From: Octopus vulgaris
Lineage: Eukaryota
Assembly: GCA_951406725.2 (NCBI GenBank)
Contig: OX597822.1
Span: 62,744,001-62,808,000, forward strand
Direction of reading: 5' to 3'
DNA length: 64,000 nucleotides
The translations under genes and the position numbers were made by a program. Below the pieces are notes generated by a model. The model was not told where the DNA came from and ran no database searches. It saw only the letters and a program-made list of their open reading frames with translations. Each line of letters opens with the position of its first letter. Within the stretch, counting starts at the first letter, position 1. Below, piece by piece: positions 38,610 through 52,370 of this stretch.

Positions 38610-38677
<68 letters not shown>
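38588..38677. repeat. (ATT)n microsatellite
   Basis: Directly visible. Confidence 0.97.
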
Positions 38678-38679
<2 letters not shown>

Positions 38680-38774
38680 ACGATTTCTTCTTAAATAAAG
38701 AAATTGTCAATGTCATTATGATAATTATTATTATCGTTACTGCTGTTATTGTTATTAAGAGGGGAGCATAACAG

Positions 38775-39140
38775 TATGTGCATCTCTGATCACGAGCAGA
38801 AGCAGTAGGGGAGCATCACAGCCATGTGTTGAGAGGTATTCTTTGGAGTTTGAATAATTCACCTCTGGAAACATGGGTGTTTCGTTCATCATCCTTAAAG
38901 ATGCCTTATTCAGGGACCTTTTGAGTGGAATGGAATACTCGACCCGAAGAATATCCTAACTGGATCCCACCTGCAAGGTCATGTACTGTTTATCTTAACA
39001 CGAGATCATATCCCACACTTATTGTCGTGATGCATGTGCCTGGTGTACCCTTATCAGATGGATTGTCATGATGGGTATACTGGGTTTCGTATATTTGTTC
39101 CCAAGTGTCATTTTGATGGCATACACTGCTCTCTCACTCA
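38775..39140 (+). mobile_element. Family D retroposon, 5'-truncated copy with an AAT-like tail
   Basis: Matches the reverse complement of 43742-44108. Ends CTGCTCTCTCACTCA followed by (TAC/TAA)n. Confidence 0.85.
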
Positions 39141-41099
39141 GTACTACTAATAATAATTATTTCAAAATTTGGCACAAGGCCAGCAAGTTCAAGGGACGGG
39201 GAAGCGATTACATCACTCCTAGTACTCAATAACAATAATAATATTGATAACAATAATAATATGAAATTAAGGTGCACTAGCAGAATCATTAGGTAGTATT
39301 TGTTCCGGCCTTTTACATTCCTCTACAAGACCATAGAATAATTACAGAACTTTGTCCTACAGAGGATGTTGAGGGGAATAAATTAAAGCTCAGCATCCAA
39401 TGTAGATGAGCCAGCTGTTCAGACGTCGAAGGAAAACCTATCTGAAAGATTTCTGTAGAGAAAGTTAAACAGAACAAAAGTAATATCAAATTATGAATGA
39501 TGTCGGTCCTACAGCAACACCAGACACACATGATGAGTCGGTAAAATTAATTACCCTAACTTCCTTCATTATCAGAAATTAGTCACGAGACCTAAAATCC
39601 CCCTCTCCTAGTCATAACAGGCAAAATCAAGGAGAATCAAGCATAGTAACAACAGCTAAAACTAACGGCCACGAATACCACCATCAAAGCAGCAGTACCG
39701 CACTTATTTATGAGGATTTGAACCAGGTAGAAATTCTCAGACATAAACAGAATTATATAGAGAAAATTGAAACGAAAAAGGACTCATCAGCAAAATCAGA
39801 AATATTTTTAAAAATTGCGAAGTGGTCTAGAACTGGGAAGAACAAAGTCTCTGCGACATGACTTATAAACGAGAAGCAATATTACAAACGATAAACTAAC
39901 CTCCGACGAATATTCGCAGTAAAAATAAAGTTCTAAGAGTATACACGAAGAATGTTGAAACCAAGTACGGGAAGAGATAGAAATGGGATTACATATAAAA
40001 ACAGCAAAAGGACAGGTTAATAGTTCAAACTTCAGATCGACTGTACAAGAATTATGTTTTCAACCCAGTAGACGTAGCGCCTCTGTAGACTTGCTGTAGA
40101 CTTTCAACCCAGTAGACTTGCTCGATGCTGTTCGAGAACAACTCACAGGACAGTTTTGAATTTCTAAACTGCTAATAATAGACGAAGTTAGCACTGTATG
40201 AATATAATCAGAAGTACCCTGAACAACACAAGCGGATATTTATACACAAACATTTCGTCTTAACTATTGTGTTTTATTATATCTAGTTTCATGCGTTGTT
40301 TTAAGAACATGCAGGTTTGCCTTATGTAGCTGTCTCTAACTCCTGAGCATGCAACAGCATAGATTTATTTCCAGATGCACCGGTGAAGCTATTTTTGATT
40401 GTGCATAGTTGCCTTGTTTAAAACAGATCTCTGATCCTTCTGAGAGATTTAAACATATATCACAGTGGGATCTTCCGCACATTTTTACTGTTGTGTTGTT
40501 GTCATTGCGTGAAGTTTGGGCTTTCTTACAATTTCTTTTATTAACTTCGGCTGTCTTTTGCTTTTTCAGCGTCGGTATGGTTTGAAATATGATGTTGTAA
40601 ACTTCTTTGTTTTTAGCTTGAAATGTAAAGTATAATTTTCCATTCCGATATATTTCTTTGTTTTGTTTGTCTTAATCCCTGGATATTGATTTTCATGGCT
40701 CGTTTTATTCCAGGATCGATTAAAGGATGTCCTTAAGTCAACGCATAAATCACAAATTAAAATACTGGAATATAGTTAAACAGAATACACTGAACATATT
40801 GACACATGTGCCGGTTTGAAGCAAGCTAATTTCACGTTCTACTCCTTATGCTAATTTGCTGATTGCTCAAAGCAACGACTTAAATCATATTAAAAACAAT
40901 TGAAATCAGTAGCATATTTTGATAATAAGGTCGATATTTTCCTTCTTTTAAAATTCTCAATGTATCTTTTCAATACAGACTTATAGGTACACGCACACTA
41001 CACACACACAAAACCTTAACGTGTTTTGAAATACTTATGAGTTGGTGTTTATTGTTCCATGTATCTACGAATGGGTGCTTACAGTGTGTAAGTGAATTG

Positions 41100-41860
41100 G
41101 TGGTTGCAGCAGTATATATATTTGTGTGTGTGTGTGTGTGTGTGTGTGACATTTAGGGGCGAATGAATGTGTATAGCTGCATATTCATATGAGTAGTTTA
41201 CATATACATATATCTGTGTGTGAGTATCTGAATGGGTATTATCAACTGTATATAAATATGTATAATATATGTGTGTGTATTTATGTGTATATAAATGGAT
41301 GTTTAATGCTGTGTGTGTGTGTGGATGGGCATCTATTGGTGTGTATGTATGTGTGCATCTAAATTTATACGTTTGAATATGTGTGAATATTTCTTTATAG
41401 GCGTGTACTGTACCTATGTATTTGCATGTTGTTAATAGCTGTATATGAGTGTGAATGGATGTATATAGGACTGTGTGTTTGTATATATTGTGTGCGTAGC
41501 TGAATGGATGTTGATAACTATATGTGTGTGAATGTCTACATGTGTGTATGTAATTTACTTATGAATTTATGGGTGCGAATATTTTTTATGGGTGTGTGTT
41601 TATGTATATGAATGAGTGTTAACTCCTGTGTATATATACAAATTAATGTTCATGACTATGCCTATGTTCTTGGCTGTATGTGTGTTTATATAACGAATGT
41701 TTATAGATGTATGTATATCTAAAAACGTATCTGCATGAGTAGCTATAGCAGAATTGGTATTTAAAGCTGTATGTATGTGTGAATGGATGTTTAAAGATGC
41801 ATGTATAGTTGTTTATAGCACTTCATATGTGCGTGTCTCTAGTTACGTACATATATGAGT
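41100..41860. repeat. Degenerate TG/TATG-rich simple repeat
   Basis: Low-complexity GTGT/ATGT composition. Confidence 0.8.
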
Positions 41861-42129
41861 GTCTAGCAATGCAGAGGCATTATAGTGTAGTATGATTCAA
41901 AGTTATGATGCGTCAAAACGTAAACCAATATAACTGGCTTAGTTAAAGGAGGCAAAGTAAAATGCGCAATGAATAATAGAATGGATTATGGAGCTCAAAG
42001 TGAGATTCAATTGAACTGTAAGTAGAAATTTTAAAAATAATTCGCGTATTAATATTGTTTCTTCTGTTGTCTTCATAATTGCTATTTTACATGCTAATTT
42101 CAATTTTCGCGAATGTAAACATGTAATCA

Positions 42130-42370
42130 AGATTGACCACATTCCGAAAATTCTTCTGTAAGGCCAAAACGTGGAGGGATATCGCGTCAAAGGAGGACTA
42201 GTGGAAAGCGTCCCTTCCACAGAAAGCGGAAGAGTATGCGCTCCAATTTAGTCAAGCGTAAACTGGAGCAAGGCATGACACCAGGCGATGATATATAACG
42301 GAGGTGGTGTATGAATTTGCCATCTTTGCCCGACCTGTCAGAGATAATTTTCCCTCGACCCATTTCTGGG
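42130..42370 (-). pseudogene. L1/Tx1-clade LINE fragment (post-RT region)
   Basis: MPCSSLRLTKLERILFRFLWKG.FPLV matches the F.FLW.G motif of L1/Tx1 ORF2. Confidence 0.6.
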
Positions 42371-42539
42371 GAAAACATGAGCAAAAATTAACAAAGAAAA
42401 GTCAATGAGCTTACAGTTCGGGACATGGAGAGGCAGATCCATGCCGTCTAGTAACGTTATGGGATGACGGACAAAAGGACCGGTTAAATTACTCGAGGGT
42501 TTAGTCCATAGGTATAAGGATAAGTTGAAGCCATCACTA

Positions 42540-42800
42540 AAATCTTTACAGTTTAACCGGACATCTTAGACAAGTCACTGCCTAGATCAATCTGCATGGC
42601 GTAAAATGTGTCACGATGCAGCCAAACAATTTGAGTTGAAGAAAAAGAACAATAGAAGAATTATATCCTGCAATCAACAGACATACTTGCCCAATCTCAG
42701 ACAAAATCAAAATCATCAATGTCTCCATTGCATCTTCATAGCAAAATCCATACTGGGACTGAAATCGCATTCACGTATCCATCGCAAATAGATGCGGCAT
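42540..42800 (+). pseudogene. RTE-clade LINE 3' end with a terminal C2H2-like finger
   Basis: CHDAAKQFE...CLHCIFIAKSILGLKSHSRIH resembles RTE/BovB-type ORF C-termini. Confidence 0.6.
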
Positions 42801-42879
42801 CTTTGTTTGTTTTCTCTCTATTACTCTCTTCAAATTCGCTCCTTCAAACAATCATACATCGCAACCCATGGAGCGACCA

Positions 42880-42910
42880 TTATTGTTATTATTATTATTA
42901 TTATTATTAT

Positions 42911-42955
<45 letters not shown>

Positions 42956-43070
42956 CAGCAGCAGCAGCAGCAGCAGGAGAACTAGCGTCGTCGTCGTCAT
43001 CATCATCATTAACATCATCTTCATCATAATCATAATCATAATCATAATCATCATTACTATTATCATAAAT
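42880..43070. repeat. Compound trinucleotide microsatellite (ATT)(AGT)(AGC)(GTC)(ATC)
   Basis: Directly visible. Confidence 0.95.
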
Positions 43071-43094
43071 ATTATTCAAGGTGGTAAACAGTAC

Positions 43095-43705
43095 TAACGA
43101 AGGGCATTACTAGTTCGGGATAAATTCTAAAAGTGACGTCAGTCAGGCTTACCCAAGATGCGCGTTAAGTGACGAAACTGTTCTGCACTCTCTGGTCCAG
43201 TGCCCAAGTGTTCCTGATGTTCCTGATGTCGAACATCTGCTGTCACGTGTAGCACGGAGCTAGCTATCAGCTGACTCTATTGGGAAGATCGTACTGCTAC
43301 CTTCCTTTAGTTGGGAAGGACAGACAGTGCTTATTGCCTGGTAGCCTCAGGAAAGAGGTTGTGTGCGGGACCAAATTGAAAGGGCTGAAGACGGATACTT
43401 TCCTTTTTGGCCAAAGCCTCAAATTTTTCAAGTTACACTTGGAAGGAAAAGTGAGGGTAGAAAAGGAAAAGTGCATCTGTAAATTGGAGGAAAATGATGT
43501 GAAGGCACTTGCACTAGTGGTAAGGGCAACAGAGGGTCTGTGGGGTTTTCACGTGCAGCCCTAGGAACTTACCCTCTTTTAAGGACTTATTCATCGTTAT
43601 AATATATATTATCACCGTTTTTCTACTTCTTTCTCGCTTCTTTATGTAACCCCACATTATGTTGTCCATACCGTCCGCAACGTTTTGGTTGTCAATAAAG
43701 AAAGG
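43095..43705 (+). pseudogene. L1/Tx1-clade LINE 3' end; related fragment at ~53100-53500
   Basis: AL.VRDK...PRC..SDETVLHSLVQCP zinc knuckle, and AATAAA at ~43694. DNA similar to 53225-53330. Confidence 0.6.
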
Positions 43706-43741
43706 ATTATTATTATTAATATTATTATTATTATTATTATT

Positions 43742-44294
43742 GAGTGAGAGAGCAGTTCATGCCGTCAAAGTGACACTGGGGTAAAATATACGAAGCCCAA
43801 TATACCCATCATGACTACCCGTCTGATAAAGGTACACCAGGCACATGCATCACAACCATATGTGCGCGACATGGTGATCTCATATCAAGATAAACAGCAC
43901 ATGACCTTGCAGGTCGGGCCCAGTTAGAATTTTTTCAGCTCGATTTGCCCATCCCACTCAAAAAGTCCCTGAATAAGGATTGTTTAAGGATGTTGATCAA
44001 AACACCCACGTTTCCAAAGGTGAATTATTCAAACCCCAAAGAATCCCTCTCAACACATAGCTATGATGCTCCCCCACTACTTCTGCTCGTGATCAGAGAT
44101 GCACATATCGTCAGCCACTAAGGGACTTGCTCAACTGGTTATGGTCAAACAACTGACAAGCAAATCTGTGGTATTGAGCAGAATATTTGCTGTAGCCCAT
44201 CTTTTATACCAAGACAAAGCAATGTACATGATAACACTTCCAATCAGTTAAGATCAGAAGCCATGAGAGCCGCTGCCTGGTACTGCATCAGGGC

Positions 44295-44298
<4 letters not shown>
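43742..44298 (-). mobile_element. Family D retroposon, apparently full-length (~557 bp), inside (AAT)n
   Basis: Flanked on both sides by (ATT)n. A second, 5'-truncated copy at 38775-39140 fixes the orientation. No ORF. Confidence 0.85.
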
Positions 44299-44362
<64 letters not shown>

Positions 44363-45151
44363 GTTCAGCAACTTCATACCAGTTTCCAAAATACAATCTT
44401 TATATTTCTGAAAAGTGTATTAGATTTTTTTCTAGTAGTGTAGGCTCATGTTGCTACGCTTTGTTAAGGGATTTATTGTGAAGTTTATGGTGTTATTTTG
44501 ATATATCGTTTCTATAATGTACAGAATATGTACAATGTGAATTGTTCATGCATTATAGTGTAGGATAGATGATGATTGTACCATGTATGTACTGTGTGCG
44601 CTGCTTGTTCTAATGTGTAGTATTCTAGTATTTATTTAGAATATGTGTTGTATCAATTATTGATGGTTGTGGCGTGTATCGTAGTAACAGCTGCTGAGTA
44701 CATGATTTGCTATACTGATGTATGGTGATCGTATAAAATATTTCTCTATGGTGAATTATTTTATTGAAAAATGATTGTATTGAGTATGTTTTGTGAAAAA
44801 TGCGTATTATGTGAGTTAATTTATGCTATTAAATTAAAAGCATCTTACGTAATATTCGTATAACAATAAGTTCTGCTTTGGTTGTTATATTTTCGTTTAT
44901 GTTAATTTTTATTATATCTATCCTCAAATTATTGGTTCTGTCTTCACTTTCATACAACCTCTCACGTATTGCAGTATTTGACAGTTTTTCCAACTCTTCA
45001 TGACAACATTTTGGTTAAAGAGATCCGAGTACAGTCGATGTAACTATACCTGGATAGTTTACTTTGATCTTCTTTGTCAGTCTAGGCAGGCATGCGACAT
45101 AAGACACTAACGGAACTGTTGTTATGTTGTGCATTTGTCATCTGATATATA

Positions 45152-45367
45152 AGAGGGGTTACTGAAGACTTCCTGGCTTTCATGGTGTCATAAAAAGCCT
45201 GGTTATAGGGTCAACCTTTCGAGTTCTTTTACAGGGCTTAGAAAAACTGAAGGGCCGCTGCAATAAGTGTGTGAATCTGAGAGGGGGATATGTTGAATAA
45301 AATTATAATTAACTAACCCTCCTGTATTTTCTTTTACCCAAGGCTAGGAACTTTTCAGCACCCCTCA
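45152..45367 (+). mobile_element. Mariner internal-deletion derivative (MITE)
   Basis: Degenerate TIRs (GAGGGGTTACTGAAGACTTCCTGGC / GCTAGGAACTTTTCAGCACCCCTC) with TA flanks. Retains the transposase C-terminus LQGLEKLKGRCNKCVNLRG. Confidence 0.75.
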
Positions 45368-45583
45368 TATATATATATATATATACATTATCACTGTGGA
45401 AACCATGTAGGCAGACGGTAAGAAGCTTTTGTTCGTCTCGAGGCTGATAGAGGTTCCTTGTATTTCCTAATGAGAAGACGGCATAATGCAACCTTCATTC
45501 CTTCGGAATTAAGAATATGCAGTCTTCGAAACATATGTCGAAAGTAAAGGAATTTTGATAAAATCTTCGTTCGACTCCATTCT

Positions 45584-45646
<63 letters not shown>

Positions 45647-45656
45647 GATATATATA

Positions 45657-45884
45657 CACGGTTGGCCCAAAGTCACCCAACAGTAATTCAACATTCCATG
45701 AAAACCTAATATTCATTTTTTATTTATTCATTCCAATTATGAACGTTTAATAATTTAATACTGTGAGTTAAAAATCACTGTTTTTTTTCAACATTATTAA
45801 GGAAGCCTGATATAAAATAATTTTTGGTTATCTTGGAATTAAGTGGGCTTTGATTTACTGTCTGGTGACTTTTGGCCAACCCTG
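45657..45884. mobile_element. Tc1/mariner-type MITE
   Basis: TIRs CACGGTTGGCCCAAAGTCACCCAACAGTAA / TTACTGTCTGGTGACTTTTGGCCAACCCTG, with TA on both sides. Confidence 0.85.
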
Positions 45885-47154
45885 TACATATACATATATA
45901 CCACTTCTATCTGTTTTATGTAGAAACGTGCGTATTTTGCCCTGTAGACATAGTTGCTCACTCGAATGTGCCTGCGATTACACCGGAAGCTGGAAAGCAC
46001 ATGACAACAGGAAATGATGTCACTAATTTCCAGGTGTCTCTTCGTACTAATTGAAGTGTCTGCGCTTGATGCTAGTATCTTTTCTCCAGTTTGTTTTTAG
46101 TGTTTTCTTTTTTTTATTTTTAGCCCAATACCTTTCAGTTATTTTTTAAATTTTTTGCTTTGAATTACTATCACTTGATCATATCTTGAAAAGTATTGGC
46201 TATTAGGTGACTTTTCTCTTCATAATGTTCTTGGATAAATTTCAGAATAACCTTTGGAATTTCTCGTTTGCTTTATTTTTAAACTCTTTGCGTTGTTTTA
46301 CCAACATCTAATTTTTTTTTTTTTTTTCCAATTTAGTTACTTTCCGAGTTCTGCTTTATTGTTTCCTTGTATAAAAAGAAGAAACTTCTTAACATTATCA
46401 GTTGTTTTCGGAAAAACAATTTACTTAACTTCTAGTCCATCATGAGAAGCCCAAAATATATAACAGTTATAGCTATCCTATTTGTACCTACTATCAATTA
46501 TCTTTTATTCCCAACATTAAGGTCCGTTTTGATAATTATCTAAGTTTTCTGTAGTACTCTTTCCTGATTTTCTCCTTCCTTTCGTTATGCTGTATCTTAA
46601 TCAATTCGTCCACCCTTAAAAATTTCTTTCGATGGCTTCACTTCAGTGTCTGTATCTAATTTAGCGTTCTCAATTTTAATTTCATTTTTCTTATAGTAGC
46701 TTTAGCCATTTGACTAATCTCATACTGATTATTATATCGTAAGCGCCCCTGCTCCTAGTCAGTCGTATGACTACTGCATTACCACGACTGCCCGTCACAC
46801 TTTACTATGGTACTTAAAGGTACCCTGACTATCCCGCAGCATCTCAACTCCGCAACACCATCGCCTATGCGTGAATGCATCACTCTGCCCTCATGTCCTC
46901 CGGCCCGACAAACTTGTTAAAAGGACCTTTATCAACTTTGCAGAATTCAAGTTTTCTCCATTTCTTAACATGGTTTTACAAACAGTTATCACGTGAATAA
47001 ATCCTTCGCATTCGCTGTCAATTGTACAGGTAACTCCAAAGTTTCTCCCAAACTATCCGTAGCCACTTCAAATCAGTAAAACCATAGGCTTTGATAATGT
47101 CCATTCCTTCAAATAATGCGTCCTCGAATTAGACCTCATAATCACCAAACTTTT

Positions 47155-47215
47155 CAATCTCTGTCTTTCTCTCTCTCCCTCTTTCTCCTTCTCTCTCTCT
47201 CCCTCTTTCTCTCTT

Positions 47216-47270
<55 letters not shown>
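47155..47270. repeat. (CT)n microsatellite
   Basis: Directly visible. Confidence 0.95.
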
Positions 47271-47273
<3 letters not shown>

Positions 47274-47589
47274 ACTCTTGTGATATATCCCTACCTTTGG
47301 GAACACAATACAACCTGTTCCATTTTCTAGAAGAGCACCCCCTCTGACTCTGTTGACTAATGTCTTAACGCACTCTATTGCAATATTCCAGAATGGATGG
47401 GGGATATCTATTATCAAGCATATTTTCCAACATCTCTCCTCTCTCTCTCTCTCTCTCTCTCCATCCATCCTTAATGACAACCAATACTATTTTTTTAAAA
47501 AACCAGATCTACTGCACACAGAGATAGAATGCACCTAGAAAAAGCCAATGCTACAGAGTTGCATACAGTAACTCACAAATACACTTTGA

Positions 47590-47870
47590 TCTCCAGTCAA
47601 CAGTAGTGCTGTCTCTTCTCTTTGTCATTACAATGACCTCTGTCCTTCGAAGTTGGCCCTTCTCGTGTCCCATCCACCCAGGCACCCACGTGTCACTTGT
47701 TTATCTTCCTCTCATCACTTGTATTATGCTCTAACCCCCAAACCCCGTACCAAACGTTGAGACTAATGCTTTCTTCACGGAACATCGGCCCTTTGGAATT
47801 CCTTTCTTGTACATAACTTTAGCTGCTGTCGTCTTATCACAGTTTTATCAGAACGTTAACTATATCCATG
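47590..47870 (+). pseudogene. CR1-group LINE 3' end remnant
   Basis: PKPRTKR...AFF...LWNS-type terminal motifs across frameshifts. Confidence 0.45.
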
Positions 47871-50349
47871 TCATGAATTTCGTAGGGCCTGCGATAACCA
47901 TGTCCCCAGCTTCTTCTCCAAGACCGAATTTATAAAAATAATCGTACTGTGTGAGTTGTCATAACATTAAGAGTTTATTACGCAGAATATCTGAATATGT
48001 GAGCTGGTTATTGAACTGAAAGTATCTTGTATGGGATATATGCTGTTTCTACTAGGGATAGTTCTAATTGATTTTTGTATAAAATAGTAATCTGTCATGG
48101 TGTTTATGTTTTTGCTCCCATTATTTTTCTCATATTCAGTACTCCAATTATTGCTACCATTTCTACTCTCATCCCGCATCTTTTTTTCTGTATTGAAGTC
48201 GTATTTTTACAGCTTTCCGACTCTACATTGCTGTCTTTCATTATAATATCTAAATGATTGACTTATATCTCTGCCAGTCTGAAAATATATATCTGAGATT
48301 ATCACAGGTATCACGTAATGGATTTTGATGTATACTTATACTACTTATTCTCAATTTTTATGCAGTCAATATGCAGATCGATCAATATGAAGTAACTTTC
48401 AAGCGAAAGTGGCATCATATTGGCCAATCAATATAGCCTATCTACTTCATCATTTGCATATACTTTTGTTTTGTTTTTGTTTTTTTCGTAAATTGGGCAG
48501 CTGCATATGAACGTGTTCAGTTGCTTCTTTATGTCATTTATATAGTCCACTGTTGGCGTTATTTTAACTTTTGCCATTAGGTATTGATTTGCACGGCTAA
48601 AATGAGGCTTGTATTTTTATCTTACGTCCAGATATTTTGGCTTTTACGTTGACTGGTTCCTCTTTGTTCAGTATTGGAAATTACCGACAATGAGGGAGTC
48701 GTTTATCTTCGTCGCTCGTTTATTTATTTTGAAGCTCCATTCTAATCTTTATCTCTGCATTTCTCTTTGTCTGATTTTTGTCCTTACCTGAGAATATCTT
48801 CACACTAAAATAATCTCCCACTTTGTACTTCATATTTTCTTATATATAAAATTCTTGTTGTTGTTTATTTGTCCATGTTGACTTACCACACTAATCAATG
48901 TATCTCAATAGTTATTTTATAAGAACTTTATCCTCCTATATGACTGTAGTTGATATAACACATCAATATCAGTTATCGAATTATGGGTTTGGAATGAAGT
49001 GTGTAGTTTATTGGTTTTCTCTGCAGACTCTTGAGTTTACTCAATCTCCATTCATATTTAAATCGTATTTTATGCCTTAGAGACAAACATTATTTCTGGC
49101 ATTGTGTTCAGTTGTAATATGAAGAGAGATTTCTCAGTAGAATTCTTTGCAAATGTCCTTATTTGAATCTTGTATTTTATTAGTTCCATCTAAGTTTCAG
49201 CATTGACAAACGTAAGTACATATGTGGGTAATTCTTCGATAAGTCTGATTTCAGAACTTGAGTCTAATTTAATAGTCTTTGAGTTTTAACTTATTTACAA
49301 CTTAGAATAGTTTTGCTATATTTGTCTAATTCCAAATTTATTCTCATACCGTTTTTGAATTCTTGTAGAGGTTTTAATAAGTTCTTTAGTTAGCTGTTGC
49401 TTCTTATATATTGTTTTAAGTAATATGATTTGTAGTTTACTATAAGCATTTGTTGTTTGCTTTAACAGATTTGCCATTTGTGTCAGCTCTAGACAGAAGA
49501 AAAACGGGGACAAATCTATCTGAGCATTGTCATTTCTACAGATAGAAAGGCTGGTTTTTCTTTTCTTATATCTTTCTACTGGTGTTATTGATGTCTTCTA
49601 ATTTCGACGTGGTGTTGTTGACATTCTGTCTTAATAACGGGGCAACTTTGTTTCTGCACATTGCTGTCAAAGTCTTTTCTCTAATCAATCTCTTTCATGC
49701 TTTTGTATTCTCTTACTGTCGTCAATAGATGTTCTATTTACTAGAAACTGTATTTTAAATAAATTCTTTTTCCGACACATATTCTGTTCCTCGGGAAAGA
49801 TATTATTTACATATATGAATACGCTATATTGATAAGTATTGTTGTCAAATGGGAAGTCATTGTATATTATTGGTTAGTTGTTCATCGGTAGCAATTTAGA
49901 GACATTGCGTTTTGCTTGTTTGGGTTTTTTGCTTTTGTTTCTGGTTTTTTTTTGTTGTTTTTTTTTTGTTTTTTAGTGGGGTGTGTTTGTTTTTGCTTCG
50001 GAAATTTAGATTGCTTTCTTTTTACCTCTTGTAAATTTGGAGGCTTCATCAAGTCTACAAGAATCTAGGAGTCTAGTTACTGTTGTTTAATTTTCTCTGT
50101 AGTTATCCTTGTTAAATTCCTTGAATTCCTTTTCTAATGCATTTTGCATCCTCGTCATGCTGGACATGTTCAGTCTATATTTTCGCCCAATGTATTTGCA
50201 TTTTTTCTACATTTCGTCCTATTTTCTGATGTTATACAATTTGTTGTTGTTGTGTGTGAAACCTATCGTTTAATGTCCGTCTTATGTGCTTCTGATTGAA
50301 GACATACTCTCGTTTTTAAATCATCTTATATAATTTGATGTTTATGTGA

Positions 50350-52060
50350 GTAAGTCCTGGAGTTTTATGTATGTTTTAGTCACAATTTTTTTCTTATTTC
50401 CAAAGCCCCTATTAAGCAGATTGCTTCTCTTTCCAATCCCCACACTCTCGCTATATCTATTTTCAGCTAATTATATTTATACAATTTCTCTATTCCTTTT
50501 AAAGATATAATGTCTGTTGGAATTGATACATCGATATGGTTGACATTTAATTTCTTGATAGTCTTTGCAATAACTATTCACTTTTTTTTAATCTGCCTGT
50601 CTGTATAAATTGGTATATATCACGGTATGGTTACTGTCATTTTCTGAGACTTTCTGTATTTTTATATCGACATTTTATTTGTTTTTTCATAACTTTGGGA
50701 TAATTTCCAGTATGTGAAAGTCCCCTATTCTGCTATAATTGTATTTACATACAGCTTCGGCTAAACGTGGACAGCCAGAGATGATAAGGCTGATTGTTCT
50801 TCACAGCCTTCACTTAAGTACTTGCTTCTGGAAAACATTTAATCATATGCCATTCTCAAAAATATTTCTCCCTCAGCTTTCCTGCAAATCTCGGCTGATC
50901 TTTTCTTTCTCCCTTCAGCTATGTCCAGTTTTGTCAGATATTTCCTATATTGTAGTTTTGCGTGCCGATATATTTGCATAAACTTTTTAAATCCCATTTT
51001 GGTCTTAGCTTATGAACAGCTAAGACTTATAGTCCTGGCTTATGAAAAGCTTCTACTGTTTCTCTCCATCATTCTCCCAACTAACTGTTACCTCATGTAT
51101 TTATGCATATTAATTTTTGTCTATTTTTGCTAAATATTTTGTAATTTTATTCTGAATATTTTACAATTTTCTCATATCAAACTACACTTAACTCTTTATT
51201 CGTGGTAAATATAATATTTCTGTGTCAGATTTCGACTGTGGATCCTGAAAGCAGTCATTATTTTTCTTATTTTCTTGTCAAGTCTTGCCAAGTCACTTAG
51301 TTTACAGTTAACAGTATTATAATTATAACGTAGTTCTAGAAAAGCTAAAACATTTGACACATTTGGTTGAACATGAACGTTATTTCTTTTTCTTTTTTAT
51401 ATTTTGTTTGGTATTTAGCACTATTTCAGATATTCATCTATGTCTGTAATATTGTCCCAGTTTTTTTTTTCTTTCATCTTTGTCCTTTGTATTTTGTAAT
51501 TGTAAGCTTGGTTTTGATCTAATTCTTTTATTTATTTTTCTTTATCTAACAGGATATTAATGGCGCTTATCCATTTTTTTATCTTCAAGGTTGTTTTGGC
51601 GCATTATTTTTCAATCTTAATCTCATTTTAGTTACTCAAGTAAATCTTTTCTACTCTAGGCACAAGGCCCGAAATTTGGAAGGATGGGGCCAGTCGATTA
51701 GATCGACCCTCAGTATGCAACTGGTACTTAATTTGCCAAAGCTGAAAGGATAGGCAAAGTCGACATTGACTCAGAACGTAAAGACAGAGAAAATACATTA
51801 CTCAAGTAAATCTGAGTATTATCTATAGCAGCATTTCTAGTTGTCGAGCATCTTCAGAGTACAACTTGTGATTATCCGTATGCAAAAGTTATGTTGAATT
51901 TCCCCATATAGAATTTTCAATCGAACCCAATCTGATTTAACAACTTATTTAATTGTATTAAATCCGGTTAGAAAAGAGTTGTGAAGAATACTGCTTTTCT
52001 ACAAGAGATGATGTGGTATTCGTAATTGTTTGTATCAGTAGAATTATGTATTCATGATAT
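50350..52060 (-). pseudogene. Decayed R4/Dong-type LINE (zinc finger / restriction-like endonuclease region), interrupted by a SINE
   Basis: Minus strand encodes IISGCPRLA, VTIP*..PIYTD and IDVSIPTD, the same motif order as the 57960-59945 element. Heavily mutated. Confidence 0.55.
51648..51797 (-). mobile_element. SINE family B, 5'-truncated, with a 16-bp TSD
   Basis: TTACTCAAGTAAATCT at 51632-51647 and 51798-51813. Confidence 0.85.
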
Positions 52061-52074
52061 GTACCTACCTATAA

Positions 52075-52370
52075 TTGTTCCTTCTCGAGCCATGCCTGGT
52101 TCGTAACGGCCGGTTTCCCGGTTTCCTTGGCGTGTAGATTCCCACCTGGACGGGACGCCGGTCCGTCGCAAGTGAGCTGCAAGATGCAGGAGGAAAGAGT
52201 AAGAGAAAGTTGTGGCGAAAGAGTCAGAAGTTCGCCATTACCCTCTGCCGGAGCCGCGTGGAGCTTAGGTGTTTCGCTCATAAACACACACATTGTCAGG
52301 TCTGGGATTCGAACCCGCGATCTCTCGACCGCGAGTCCGCTGCTCTAACCACTAGGCCATATGCCTCCAC
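52075..52370 (-). mobile_element. SINE family C, second subfamily, with a TSD
   Basis: Reverse complement of 17536-17820. ACCT(A/G)CCTATAATT on both flanks. Confidence 0.88.

Noticed and set aside
42792-43097. Poly-S, poly-I and poly-D/T/N ORFs
   Set aside because: Compound trinucleotide microsatellite.
44005-44135. Type III hammerhead in family D (minus-strand GTC...CTGACGA...GAAAC)
   Set aside because: Stem I is only 2 bp, and there are ~100 nt between the half-cores with no convincing stem II.
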